Assembly (NCBI GenBank): GCA_046563655.1 | Contig: JAJCTO010000014.1 | Coordinates: 124,001 to 188,000, forward strand | Direction: 5' to 3' | DNA length: 64,000 nt | Source: Yuukianura sp. NJ FZ-2021 | Taxonomy: Eukaryota | Shown: positions 50,681-63,300 of the stretch, piece after piece | Numbering within the stretch: the first letter of the stretch is position 1 | Layout: each line of letters opens with the position of its first letter | The notes under the pieces: model-generated | The model's database searches: none | Told to the model about the DNA's origin: nothing | Seen by the model: only the letters and a program-made list of their open reading frames with translations | Position numbers and translations under genes: made by a program

Positions 50681-51440
50681 GATTCCCGGGCAGTAACGGA
50701 CGGTCACTAACGGCCCGATATACTAACGGACGGGCACGAACGGACATACACTTGTGGACGTTCACTAACGGACGGTCACCAACGGACAGTCACTTATGGA
50801 CAGTCTCCAACGGACGGTCAACAATGGACGGTCAGTAACGGACGGTCACTAAAGGACAGTCACCAATGGACACATACTCTAATGGACACTTACTCTAATG
50901 GACGGTCACTAATGGACATTGACACAGGGTTAGGGTGGTTGCTTCAAGCACTGAAAATTAACTGATTTTTGAACCTAACCTAACCTAACCTAGCAGCAAT
51001 AACCTAACCTATAACCTAATCTCTATTGCCAATTCAGATAACCTAACACCGCGCCTTCGGCGCGGGAAACTAAAGGCATATTTACTGAATTAATCAGTAA
51101 ATAATGTTGTCAACTCGATTTCAGAGCTGGTTTCATTGTTACTGTGTTTCAAGAATCTGAAAATTTTCATTTCCTGAACCAGTTCCTGAAGCAAGGTGTC
51201 AATGTCCATTAGTGACCGTCCATTAGAGTAAGTGTCCATTAGAGTATGTGTCCATTGGTGACTGTCCTTTAGTGACCGTCCGTTACTGACCGTCCATTGT
51301 TGACCGTCCGTTGGAGACTGTCCATAAGTGACTGTCCGTTGGTGACCGTCCGTTAGTGAACGTCCACAAGTGTATGTCCGTTCGTGCCCGTTTGTTAGTA
51401 TATCGGGCCGTTAGTGACCGTCCGTTACTGACTGGCTACG
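50681..51440. mobile_element. Foldback MITE with ~237-bp near-perfect inverted arms built from ~15-bp tandem units
   Basis: Arms ~50691-50927 and ~51196-51430 (unit ~AACGGACGGTCACT). Candidate 8-bp TSD ATTGATAT (50673-50680, 51441-51448). Core has AACCT repeats and the hairpin CCGCGCC-TTC-GGCGCGG. Confidence 0.8.
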
Positions 51441-51498
51441 ATTGATATTGGGAGTTCATATGATTTATAAACTAAGATTCCTAAAAATTAGTCTTGGT

Positions 51499-51935
51499 CG
51501 GGTAGATTGGGGCAAGTGTCAAGCAGTCCCATGCTCTCCCATACATTGAAAATTTTCTAAGTACTTTTGTGAAAGTTGACCTCAGACAACCCCGAAAATG
51601 ACCCCTATGAAAGTTGTTGGGGGTCTTAAGGGGAGCATTTTTTGTCCTATGAAGTATGACCCTATGACCTTTCCCTGAGGTCACAGGTCAATCCAAAGAA
51701 GTTTCCCCCGCGCTCTTAAGGCTGACCTGTGACCTCAGGGAAAGGTCATAGGGTCATACTTCATAGGACAAAAAATGCTCCCCTTAAGACCCCCAACAAC
51801 TTTCATAGGGGTCATTTTCGGGGTTGTCTGAGGTCAACTTTCACAAAAGTACTTAGAAAATTTTCAATACATGGGAGAGCATGGGAGTTGGACTTAGAAA
51901 ATTTTCACTGCTTGACACTTGCCCCAATCCACCCG
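51499..51935. repeat. Palindromic element: ~190-bp inverted arms with a 32-bp spacer
   Basis: ~51545-51690 is essentially the exact reverse complement of 51723-~51868. Similarity extends outward, with a ~20-bp insertion in the right arm. Confidence 0.88.
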
Positions 51936-52654
51936 TCTTGGTCTTGTGAATGCATCTGGCGCTACTTTCTTACATTTCTCTTTACAACCGGTTATTATTT
52001 AGAACCTCCACTGTTTAATTTCCCATTGTGAATTTGAAGTGGAAGTTAGTGGAAGTGGGAAAATAAGGAAGGGCCCTTCGACGAAGGGTCCAGGAAGGGT
52101 GAGGGATCCAGCTGTGCTGCCGTGTCTACAAATTACGAGATTTAAAGTCCTGTCTGAAAAGAATTGGGGACTTAAGGGGTAGGATAGCCTTTGTGGGATC
52201 TCCTTGATCTTCTTTTGATCGAATTAACTCATCCATGACACTTTCAGAACAAGACACCTTATCCAAAAAAAAAAAAAAAAAAAACCAAAGGGCCCCCTTT
52301 TCAGTCAGTTCAATTTCATTGAAGCTCCAAAATACTTTTTAATTACCACAAAAACCTCATCCTCCACCAAGGTAAAATAGAATACTGATTTCAATCTTTA
52401 TTTCAATGGCAATGAATTCCATGAATTTTCGTTGTTTGCGTACTTTTTCCAAAATTTTTGAACCAAAGTATGCAAAATCTTGTTCTGCAACTTCAACCTA
52501 TCGATTGAGTTGCAGCAATTGCATCAGAATTCAAAATTCCAGAATTTTCGAAAATGGAAATGGTGCTTGTGTTTTTGAAAGTTTTTGACAAAGTCTTTTA
52601 GAAGCCTTTGGGAGAGGAGAAAAGTAGACTACGGAGCAAAGTGGCAGGTAACCC

Positions 52655-53005
52655 TGTAGCACTACGGCTACAATCTCCAGAAAAACCCTCCAAAAACCAG
52701 ACTACTCTCCGGGGCTGAAGGCCCGAGCTCCAGGAAAACGAAAGACAATAAACGAAACAACAAACGAACGAACGGTAGTGATGGTTGTGGAGTTTATTGG
52801 CTCCACAAAACAACCTGGCTCTTGGCCAACAATGCTAACTCCATCGATAGCAGAAACAGACTAAACTCTAACCGAAACTGAACTGACTGCTGGACACGGA
52901 TCGCAGTCCATGCAGCAAAGAAACGAAAAGCTAAACTCCTCCTACTAACTAACTAACTAATGACGAAATGGGGGGAAACTGGGGGAAAGGGACAAGGCCG
53001 CTACA
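52655..53005. mobile_element. Solo LTR (351 bp), probably Gypsy-type
   Basis: TGTAGC...GCTACA ends; 4-bp TSD ACCC (52651-52654, 53006-53009); internal AATAAA. Absent from the homologous arm at ~30345. Confidence 0.75.
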
Positions 53006-54688
53006 ACCCCTCTCTGCTTTTTAGAATATTTGTATGGGGCAGCCACCGGCGGTAAAAATAAAAAAGTGGAGGAAGGAGGGAAAACGTTTTGAGTCGCCTA
53101 ATATCCGCATAGCTCCGGTCAGTTTCCAAGCTGTGCCTACCCCTTCACAGTGTAAAATCTCTTTCCAAAATCTCAGAAAATTTGAAAACTTTAAAAATTC
53201 ATATATCAGGAAAGGAGTGCGTTAGAGAGCTAATCTCTTCACGCCTAAATTCATAATGATCTCATGAATATTTGAAGTGCAAAAAATTGAAATAAAAGTT
53301 TGATTAATTTTTTTGACAAATCCCTTTCGCCAAAATTTTGAAGGTGCATTATTTGCAAAATTATTTGAACCGTTTACTTAGTTGGAAAATCAGCAAATAG
53401 TTAATAATAATTAATCAATTCATTAATATCAATTTTTTGTTTAAAAAAAATAAACAGGAAGATGTCTTTTTGATTCTTTTTAGTTTTTTCACATGTAATT
53501 TATTTTTCATTTTTGGTTTTTTCAGGGTTCTCTCCACGCCATATGAAATATTTCTTTATCTCATCCTTGTATGGTCAGTATAAAACACCAGCGAAGGAAA
53601 GGTTTAATTTTTACTTGGCGTTCGCGTTATAGCAATGAAAATTTCACTTTCTTTTTTTTGACTTTTTCGATTCCTTTCACCAAAGCTTAATTGAAAATGC
53701 ACAATTAATTTCAAAATTTCCTTTTCTTAACTTACAGGAACCGAAATACCATTGATTTCAGCTACTACTCTCCTGGCATTGATGACTGAATACAAAACGA
53801 TTGTGGTAACAAAAGATTCTGAAAATGGCAAGATAAACGTTTTAACAGCGTTTTGTTATTATTTGCGAAATCTGAAATTTTTAAAATCAGAAAGCTGAAA
53901 AATTTTGTGTTAAATTGCAAAACAACATTTCGAATAATTTGGTGCAAACAGTTTTTCAAAAATGGAGTTTCAAAATTGTTTCCAATTTTGAAAATTGCGA
54001 AGCGATTAATGAATTTTTAGGAACGTTGCTCCAAGCTATATGAAAAATTAATGATTTTATGCATGGTAAACATTTATGAAAAGGATGGACTGAAATATTT
54101 AAAATTTTAACTAGCGCCTAACTCAGAAAAAAGTTTCATTTTTCATTTAACAAAACTTTACATTATACAACATTACAGTGATTTCTGTGAACCAAGCATT
54201 CAGTTCGTTGTTACAAAGCAGTGTTTCATGCAATTTGGTGCAAAAATTTCGCAAAAAAACACATTCAAAATTTTGCAGAAATTTGAACAAGTCCATGTAC
54301 TCTAGTTGAAGGATTTAGTTAAAAATTCGTAAAAAATTCGATTTCTGTTTTATGGATTTAAAGTATTCTTGAGATCATTCTGAAATCAGTCGTGAAGACA
54401 TTTCCAATTTGTTGCATTCCGTTCCTGAGATATGCATTTTAAAGTTTTTTGATTTTCTGAAATTTTGGAAACTGATTTTGCATTCTGGAAGGGAAGGCAC
54501 AGCTTGGAAACTGACCTGACCGGAGCTATGCGGAGATTAGGCGAACCAAAAAGGTTCCTCTCCTTCCTCTACTTTTTTGCCGCCGGTGGCCTCTCCATAC
54601 AAAAATCCCAAAAGCAGAGAGAGGCTACCTGCCCCTTTGCTCCGTACAATCTCCGGTCTAATTTTCTCCTCTCCCAAAGGCTTCTAAT

Positions 54689-55711
54689 CAGTGTTCCCAG
54701 TTTCAGTCACTGGACATTTCAGTCGTCCGCCCGAAAGCGGCTTTTGGACATTTCGGTCCGACCCCTTTCAGTCGACCGAAATGACCGAAACGTAATTCAA
54801 CCAAAATTGGGCGCGAATTCATTTGAATTTGCGGGTTGAAACTTAGAAAAGTAGCCAGGGAAGTAGTAAATTAGCAGAAACTGCTCAAAACCACTGCTCA
54901 AAGCACTTATCGTGAGTTTCAGGATAATCCCGACCTCAATCAAGGGTGAAGGTAACAGGGTACTTGCCTTGTCAGTGCCTGAGAGGAGGAATCAGTGTCA
55001 GCGCAGGCAAGTACTTCTGTTCCTGAGATGGGGAGTATGCTAGCTTCTAACAAAAAAATAGAACGAGTCATCTGCTTTTCAATTAACCAGTGACATATTA
55101 TTATGACATATATTAAAGTCAATCGTCATAGGGCTATCAGTCAGCGCAATGGGAGAGGGGAGGTAAGGTCAATTGTCAATGGCGAAGTGAGAATAAAAGG
55201 CCAAGTTTTGTAATGTTTGTTTACTTTTTATTTCAGAATTAGGCCTTCCGCTTACCCAAACGGCGCTGACATTGTGCAGTGACAAGCACTGACACGTTTG
55301 GGTTAAGGTCAGGTCAGGCGACAGTTGTAAGGGATAGTTCCACTAAAATTAGGGCTATTTCATGACGACTCAGACTCAGACTATATTGTAGTTATGTGTT
55401 CGACGTTAATTAGGAACTGGAAGATGAGACAAACTTTCCTTTAAGGGTTTTAGCAGTAAACTAGGTCTAATCGAATTAATTTCTAAGTTAATTCGATTTG
55501 TTTACTAAATCAGATGTGTAAAAAGCGAAAACTGGGCATGAAAACAATAAAATCAGCACTAAAGAGAAAGTTTCAATTTGAAATTGCCGAGATTGGCGCC
55601 TGGCGCATGCGCAAAGCGCATTGTGACTTTTGGTCGGACATTTCGGTCATTTCAGTCATTTTGGACATTTCAGACCAAAATTTCAAAAAGTGACCGAAAC
55701 TGGGAACACTG
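54689..55711. mobile_element. Non-autonomous hAT element (1023 bp)
   Basis: TIR CAGTGTTCCCAGTTTC(A/G)GTCAC; 8-bp TSD CTTCTAAT (54681-54688, 55712-55719). Confidence 0.9.
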
Positions 55712-57331
55712 CTTCTAATGCAAAAGACTCTCTCAAAAACTTTCAAAAACTTTCAAAAACACAAGCACCATTCCCATTTTAGAAAATTCTTAAAATTTGA
55801 ACTCTATTGCAATTGCTGCAATTCCATCAACCGGTTCAAGTTACAGAACGGTATTTCACATAATTTGGTGCAAAAATTTTGCAAAACCTACCTTCGAGTT
55901 TCTGAAAAAATCCCACATTGTGGTTTAGGTATTTCGCTTTATTTCAAGAAAGTTGAATTTTTGAAGCATCTCTCTTTGGACGTTCTTCTTGAATCATCTT
56001 AAATCGTTTAGTAAGGAGAAGGACTAAGACACTCGACAATCTATCAAAGCAGCCCTGTTCCTTGACCTGGATGGCATTCAATCCGGATTGGTTGACCTCC
56101 GACACAGAGGCCTCAATCGCGTAAAAAAAATCCTCAACCCAATTTTTTTTTGTGCGGTGGGCCCCCTCCTAGAGCAAGCTTAAAAACTTCTACGTTTCAA
56201 AAAATATGAACTAAAGGGCTCCTATAAATCAATGGCCCAAAAATGTAAAAATAATGGAACGAAGGGCCTCTGTAAATGAACTCATTTCTTGCCTTCATGA
56301 TCTCATTTTCGAAGGGCCCGAAAAACGATGATTGATTGTGTTCATTTTTTGGAAAAAGTTTTTCGCACATTCGTGTTTCGTGTTTTGAAACTAACATGAA
56401 GATAATTACGAAACAGAATCAAAAAAACGAGACCACATAAGGGGACCCTTCTCATATTTCATTTTCACCATATTTCATTATTGTTACCAAACAGAAGCTG
56501 AATGCAGGGGGCCCTTGAAGGGCAAAAACTGTTCAATTGTTGGAGAACTTTTGGGGGTTTTCTCTGCTTTTAGGGGAAAGTTTTTGTATGTGGTTTTGAT
56601 TGGTTCTCTAATTGAGTTGTTTTAGGGAGTAAAAGCAGATGAGAACACTTACGCCTTTTTAAATACAACTATTTCTGTTTAATTTGTAATAACATTCGAA
56701 CCTAAAATGACAATTGACAGCTGGAATTGTCCATTTTTTGATTTTTTTTTTCAAAAAACGATGTCGATTTCGGAAAAAAATGAACAATAGTTTGTAATGT
56801 TAGGGTAGGGTTCCCATATTGATTTCTATTGTCGTACCAAAAGAATAACATGGTGTAATTCTACTTTTTGATAAAATCCTTCAAGTGCATGTTTCTTTTT
56901 CACAATTTGATGGAAATTTTAAATTCGATTTTGATTTTTGAAAAAAACTTTCTTCAACTGAAGTTTGTACCCTTGCAAAATCTTAACTCACAGTCAGAAA
57001 TCTATCGAAACTTTCATACTTTTCATTTTAATCCGAAAAGAAAACAATCGGAATTAAATTAAAATTGAATAAATCAACGTAGACTTAAGCCATCTCAGCA
57101 TTAACGCTTTTTCAATTGTTTGAAAAAGAAGCGATACTCTCCATTTTTTTTTAAACCTTTGTTGAAATAGGCTTCGCATCGTCCCTGTTCTAAAACTTTT
57201 CAAAATTTTAATTCTTAAAAAAACAAGCTGTCAATCAAACCCCTTTTGAAGTTGAGCAAAGAACTGCGTAAGGGATTTACTTTTTCTTTCAAATACAAAA
57301 TTCGGTTGTTTGAACAATCATGCAGCAGAAG

Positions 57332-58152
57332 CAGTGTTAGAAGTTAAATATTTAACTTTTAGGTTAAAAGTTAAAAAAACTGAAATTAACTTAAAAAAAC
57401 CCTAAACTAAAAAAACCTCCGAGTTAAACAAACTAAACTAAACAAAACAGCTGTAGTTTCTTTAAGTTTCTTTAATTTTTTTAGTTTTTTTAATTTATTT
57501 AAGTTTATTTAGGCTAAACTAAATTTTGCTTTTGGGTTAAAAATTGACTTAAAAAAACTACAAAAAACGGACGGAGATGGCGTGCGAACTCAAAAGTCTA
57601 CCTCATTTTTGCAAAAATAAGCCCCGTATTCGCATGAAATAATGTCTGTGACCTAGTTTTTAGGTCAAAGTAGCTTGAATTTCCTTGACCTCCGAATTGC
57701 CGTTGACCTCTATAGGTAAGCGTAACCTAAATCAGAGGTCATTCCCGAATGGAACACGTTCATTCCAGTTAAAACGTGCAAAAAAACCTTTTTTTTAAAA
57801 AAGGTCACAGAGGTCACGGACATCAAGAACATACGGCTTGCGTGTATCACACTTTAAGTTACACGTTTCGCGAAAGGAAGCACTTCTGCAGGCATTCAGG
57901 CTGTCAACGTGTTAGCTCTGCATGCTTTACATGGTTAATTCTAAATCTTTTAGTTAATTTCAGTTTTTTTAGTTTCTTTCAGTTTCTTTAGTTTTTTTAA
58001 GGTTAAACTAAAGTTTGCTTCCCCAAGTTAAATTTATAGACTTAAAGAAAACAGCTGTAGTTTCTTTAAGTTTATTTAATATATTTAATTTATTTAAGTT
58101 TCTTTAACTGAAACTAAAAAAACTACCCGCCCCTTAAAAATATACAACACTG
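57332..58152. mobile_element. Non-autonomous hAT-like element (821 bp)
   Basis: Ends CAGTGTT / AACACTG; 8-bp TSD AGCAGAAG (57324-57331, 58153-58160); AAACTAAA-rich subterminal repeats. Confidence 0.82.
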
Positions 58153-58216
58153 AGCAGAAGGCACTCGGTTTGTGGCGGTTTTGAAGCGATGTGCTTTTTT
58201 CTTCTTCTGCTAATTC

Positions 58217-59302
58217 CTATTTCGAATCTCGTCCCGAATTGGCATCCGAGCGAAAATTAGATCCCGAGCTCACTGCAAAAAAAAAGTTATTACAAAGATA
58301 TTTCAAATATTCTGATGTTAAAATCACTTTTTTCAGTACTTACTTGGACAACGTGACCTAAGTAGACAGGTACTGCCAGGAAGCGGACTGGACCGACGAC
58401 AGTAAAAGCAAAAGTTGACCTTGTTGATCCTGGGGTCAAGTGGAGCAGCATACGGGGGGTTAAACGCAGGCGTTTCGAAAACCCATGCTCCCATAGAGGG
58501 GTAAAATGTCGCTATTGATTTAGGTGGGATGACCACCGATGGAAATGGAGCTTCAACTAGGTCGTCATCCAGTGGTCGTCGGCGTCGGCGTTTGACTTTT
58601 GGGACAACCGGAGTTTCAAGTTCCGTTGCAACTTGTCGCAGCTCTTCGATCAGTTTGTAGACTTTGAGAGCCGTTGACAGGTCCATCCTGAGGCCAAGTA
58701 CGTCACGGTTCATCTTTAGAAAGTCGGCGCCCTTCACATCCTAGGAAAAACACACAACTTAAGCAAAATATTTATTAGTAAGAGTAACTAACTGACGTAC
58801 GCTCGTTTTGGACAAAACGATGTCCGGGAATCCATTCTTGGCCAAAAACTTTTTGACGTCGTGACTGGTCCAGAGCCTTGGATTTTGAGATGAGAACTCT
58901 GGCTGAGAATCGTTTTCAGTAGAATCTCCTCCGTCCAGTACATTTTGCTGAATTTCTAAAAAAAAAAAACATTGTTAGTAACATCCTTGCTTTCACTTTA
59001 GGCAATTTCATAAAAACTGCAGATTTTATCTTACGTGTAGGTGCCGCTTGCAAGACAACTACTCGACCGGGTACTTTTGTGGTGTTATTAGGCTCTTCTG
59101 CTCCTGAAAGCGAAAAACTTTTGATGTTTAACCTTAAACTGATGTTTAACGATTAGTGACGCATTGACTTACGCGGACGAGAAGTTGGGATCTTGTGACG
59201 ACGATTTTTGGACCGAGTGAATCCAACATCAGCAAAATCTTGGTCACCGTCATCTTCATCCAAACTGAGTTTCTCTACAGTTGCTGCTAACTTGCTTAGC
59301 AT
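58217..59302 (-). CDS. Small SAM-domain protein (Polyhomeotic/Scm-like SAM), about 5 exons
   Basis: Spliced NPRLWTSHDVKKFLAKNGF...DVKGADFLKMNRDVLGLRMDLSTALKVYKLIEEL matches the SAM pattern. ATG at 59302, predicted stop at 58217-58219. Confidence 0.68.
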
Positions 59303-59546
59303 ATTGAATTAAGTATAACTTAATTAATTGAACAAACGTAATTACTTATTGAAGAAACTGTGCCACAACAATTTTTACAGGACTGAAGTGTTCTTTGAAG
59401 CGCAGACAAAAACATACTGACAGTTGAGAGTGACTGGGACAAAGAAATGAACAAAGAAAGGTCAGTGACCTTCTACGTGACATGAAAACGCGTTGCGCAT
59501 GCTTGGGTACAAAGGTTTGAGTTTTTTTTTGGCTTGGCGTTTTTTA

Positions 59547-60247
59547 TAGTGATGGGACGAGTACGAAGTACTACTTCACTACTTCGTACGAGTAATGACG
59601 AGTACAAGTACTCGTCATTACTTGTACTTCGCAACTCCGGTACTTCGTACTCGTGAAGGATTCAACGAGTACGTAGTAAAGTACTTGTGCGGCAAAATTG
59701 AATTTATTTTTTCAATTTTCCTTCAAATATCTTGCATTTTTATACAAAAAAAAAACTAAGGTTTCTCCACGAATAGGTAGAAATTGAATTTTCTTAGTAA
59801 ATTGTCGCTTTCTCTGTGAACAACCTCGCGCTGGTGCGAAATCAACACGGATTTTTCAGCAGCGACGCTAAGTGTACATCGTCCATCTACATTTAACTCA
59901 TATGATTAACTGCACCGAAACGTTAGATAACGCACTTAGGTCTAATGGTTCCGACACCGACGTAGACCTTACCGAGATACCCGGGTAATTACCGGAAAAA
60001 CCAAATTTCCGGTTTTCAGCTTCTTTTTTTTTTCAAAAATTTAACAAAAGATTGTCATATTTATATGTGAAATAGGCTAGGCTGTCGCTTATGTTTTCAA
60101 TTCTACACTATAGTGGTAAGTTAATGGTGAGTACGCTTGGATTTGTACTCGCGAGTACTCGGACGAGTAATACGTACTCGGGAGTAGAGAGCACGACAAT
60201 ACTCGTCAGTATTTGTACTTTGTAACTCTGTACTCGTCCCATCACTA
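59547..60247. mobile_element. Non-autonomous hAT-like MITE (701 bp)
   Basis: TIR TAGTGATGGGACGAGTAC / GTACTCGTCCCATCACTA; 8-bp TSD GTTTTTTA (59539-59546, 60248-60255); GAGTAC/GTACTC subterminal repeats. Confidence 0.9.
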
Positions 60248-60334
60248 GTTTTTTAAATGCACCTATGAAAATTAGTTCCATTTCATGGAAAGTTTGTTGA
60301 AAAAATTAAGTTGATCGTTTAGTAATATATTAAC

Positions 60335-63300
60335 TTATTGTGAGAGTTGACAAAGGAGTGCCACACCGCGCATAATCCAGTGCTCCGGTGGTCGTTTTGT
60401 ATTCAGCGTCACAGCAATTACAAAGTTAGTTGAGTGTCCAGTTGTAGATAGGACACCGCGACGTTCCGAAGTTTTGTACACAGGAGCAAGATAACCTGAA
60501 AGGAAAATTAAAGGGTTAACAGGTCAAGGCTGAAGGTCAAAGTCATGATGGCATACTAGGGCGCGGTTTGATGTCAGATCGAAGTAAAGGTTTGATCCAC
60601 ATGAGAGGAAGCGGCTCATAAAGTACTTTGGGAAGCGATTCGTTCAGTTCGTGTAAATCCGTGTCCCATCGAGCACCGTCCAAGAACAGCCCACGAACAT
60701 AAACTCCGTCATCAGGTGGAGCTGATGGATTCTGTTGATTGGCTCGAAGTACTTCAAAGTCGAAACTTAGCAGGTCAATTGGAATGGTGAACTTTCGAGC
60801 GTAGTTTTGTTGTGCTCCGGTAAGAAAAGCTTGAGTAAAGTAGAATCCCGACACCCAAAAAATAGTTGGCGGGCCATTCTGGAACCAGTCTTGGAGAAAT
60901 TGGAGTCGAGCGAGTAAGTCATTGACGTAGGAACCAAGCGGTTTGAGTGACGGGTAAGATTTTTTCATCCACATTGCTGGAATTCTGGATGTCAAAATGC
61001 TGGATCTGTAAATCCAGAAATAAAATTTTGACTTTGTTTTTTCCGAACAAGGCTGTTTTCGAAAAACTTACGCCACTTCTTCTAGAGCAACTGACATGAC
61101 CACGACACCCCGAATTGCTTTCTGAACGTTAATCAAGCTCTCTCGAATGACAACGAGGAGGTTGTTGAATCTGCCCATTTCTTGAACCAAAACGGTGTTC
61201 ATTGATTGGTTGTACAGAGTCGGATATTTTTTCAAAGCAGCATCAATATCAAAATCTGAGGGTAATCGGGCCAAAATGTCTGCTGCCACTTCACTGACCA
61301 GTTGATCCGGAGTTTTTCCGCCACCGCTTCCAGTGATCTTGCTCTGAACACAAAGAAAAAAAAAATCACATTTTGACTCCGAAATTTTGAAAATTTTTGA
61401 TTTTTGTACAAATACCTGTGTCATCAGAATCCCATCCAGCAAAGTGTTCGTTTCCTTCTGATCTTTCTTGATATCCTCATTGTCGTTCATTCCAAAAACG
61501 TTTGGACTCGTGGTCAGCGGAAACGAATTGGCATGAGCTACGTATTCTTCATACTCACCGTGCGGAGGAACGACATAAATTCCTAGAGAATTCAAATAAA
61601 AATTTAAGGCAGAATCTTTCAAAAAATTTAGAACAAAATTCTTACCAGCATCGTCCAGTTTGAATTTCTCGACAGTAAGAACTTCTGGACAGTAGAACTT
61701 GCTTAGACAAGTCGTGAGTGTTCTCCGATCCCAGTCGTCAGTGACTCGTCCACCATAATTACATTCTCCAGTGAGATATCTAAGAGCATCGAACTGGACA
61801 TCTTCATAGTCATCCAGGAACATTCGCAGTTGGAGAGCACTGATTCTTAGATCTGTTTCATTAAATTCGTATGGAATGTTCCATCCAATTGCACCGAATT
61901 TTCGACGTTCTTGAACCAGAGCGTGAAAGAAGCAGAGCGCGAAAAGGAGCTTCTTGAAGGCCTTGTCGTTTTTGCATCCATCAAAGAAGTCGCCGTCAGT
62001 AACTGGATCATTCAAGTACGATCTTTAAAAACAGAAAAAAAGAAAGCCAAAATTAGCCAAAAATAACTAAGAACGTTTGTTTTCGTTTTTTGCTTTGCCG
62101 TAAAACATTGGCTTTGAGACCTTTCGGCGGTTCATTGGTCATTTTGATTCCGTTTTCCAAAATTGTCACTGGGAAATCTGCAGACTGAAAAGCGACAAAA
62201 TTTTAAGAAAAGTGTTTATAAGTTGCTTCAATTTTGAAATAGAATGAAGTATATACTTACAGGGTACGATGTCAGCCACATTCGAAAATCCGGATGGACC
62301 GTCTCTGGTGTTAGATCTAGGCAAATCTGAAATTGGCAGAAACACAATTAGTCAAAATTTTAGACAAAAGTGATAAGGGATTTTCAAAATTACCTTTTCC
62401 AAAAATGGCATAAAACTTTTGGCCAAATGACAATTCTGGAGTACCACCCATGATCCATTTTTGAGAGCTTCGTTGATCATCTTAATTGCAAACGGACCTT
62501 GACCTTGTCCCTGAAAGAAAGATTTTTGAAATTGAAATTATTGACGAAATTAGTTTTGACTAATTTGTAATTGACGAAACATTACCAGCGACAGTGATTG
62601 GAGCTTGTAACCACCGAATCCCATGTCTTCTGCAAATTTGAGTAGAACTGCTGTTGGATCTGCTCCGGGTGTAAGAACAAAGATGAGCGGAATGCTGCAC
62701 TGAGAATCCATGAAGGATTTGGAGAGGTCAAACGGCGGTGGTTCAATGTACTGTTGACCTAAACTTTCCAGTACAAAGTCTTGAACGCCTGGAACCAATT
62801 TGTCAGCTCGAATGACTCTGAGAACCAGAAGTTTCTGGAATTTGTTCAACTTGGATTCCCATGGAGCTGGAAACTTTTCTTTATGCGGAGTTGGGCTGTC
62901 AAAGATGCGTTTCCAAGTGGCACGATCTGACGATAGAGAGTTTTTAATTCCAGCGTAATTTGGCAAATCGTTGAGTCGACACCATTCGTCCCAGTAAATA
63001 TCTTCCAACCAATCAGTCGGATTTTTGTTTGGATTGTCCAATCCCACACCTCCAGTCAGCAGAAACATCCATTCTTCGTTATTGATCAGTCCTTTGTGCT
63101 TGCTAATGTTGATATTCAGCAAGAAGCTGAACAGAAGCTTATCCTGTTCAAAAAACGAAAAAATTTGAAAAAGTTTAAAATCGAAATTTGAATTTTGAAA
63201 ATAATCTCACCTTTTCAAAAAGACTTCGGCAAACGTTGAGGTAGAGGGAGTACGTGAAATGCGATTTCAAATTCTCCAGTCGTTCATTCAAAACTTCTGA

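Larger units (their letters stand above)
52460..55970. mobile_element. Second, inverted copy of the 29830-32180 repeat, interrupted by two younger insertions
   Basis: ~53290-54300 is the reverse complement of ~30680-31690. Arm sequence resumes on both sides of the insertions at 52655-53005 and 54689-55711. Confidence 0.78.

Noticed and set aside
50691..50927. 15-bp repeat array as CRISPR or coding repeat
   Set aside because: No spacers; it is one arm of an inverted-repeat element.
51481..52031. Identical MTSGKGHRV... ORFs on opposite strands
   Set aside because: Artefact of the palindrome.
56050..56530. GGGCCC-rich segment sharing GCCCTTGAAGGGC with ~47718
   Set aside because: Probably a degraded repeat; no termini or TSD could be defined.
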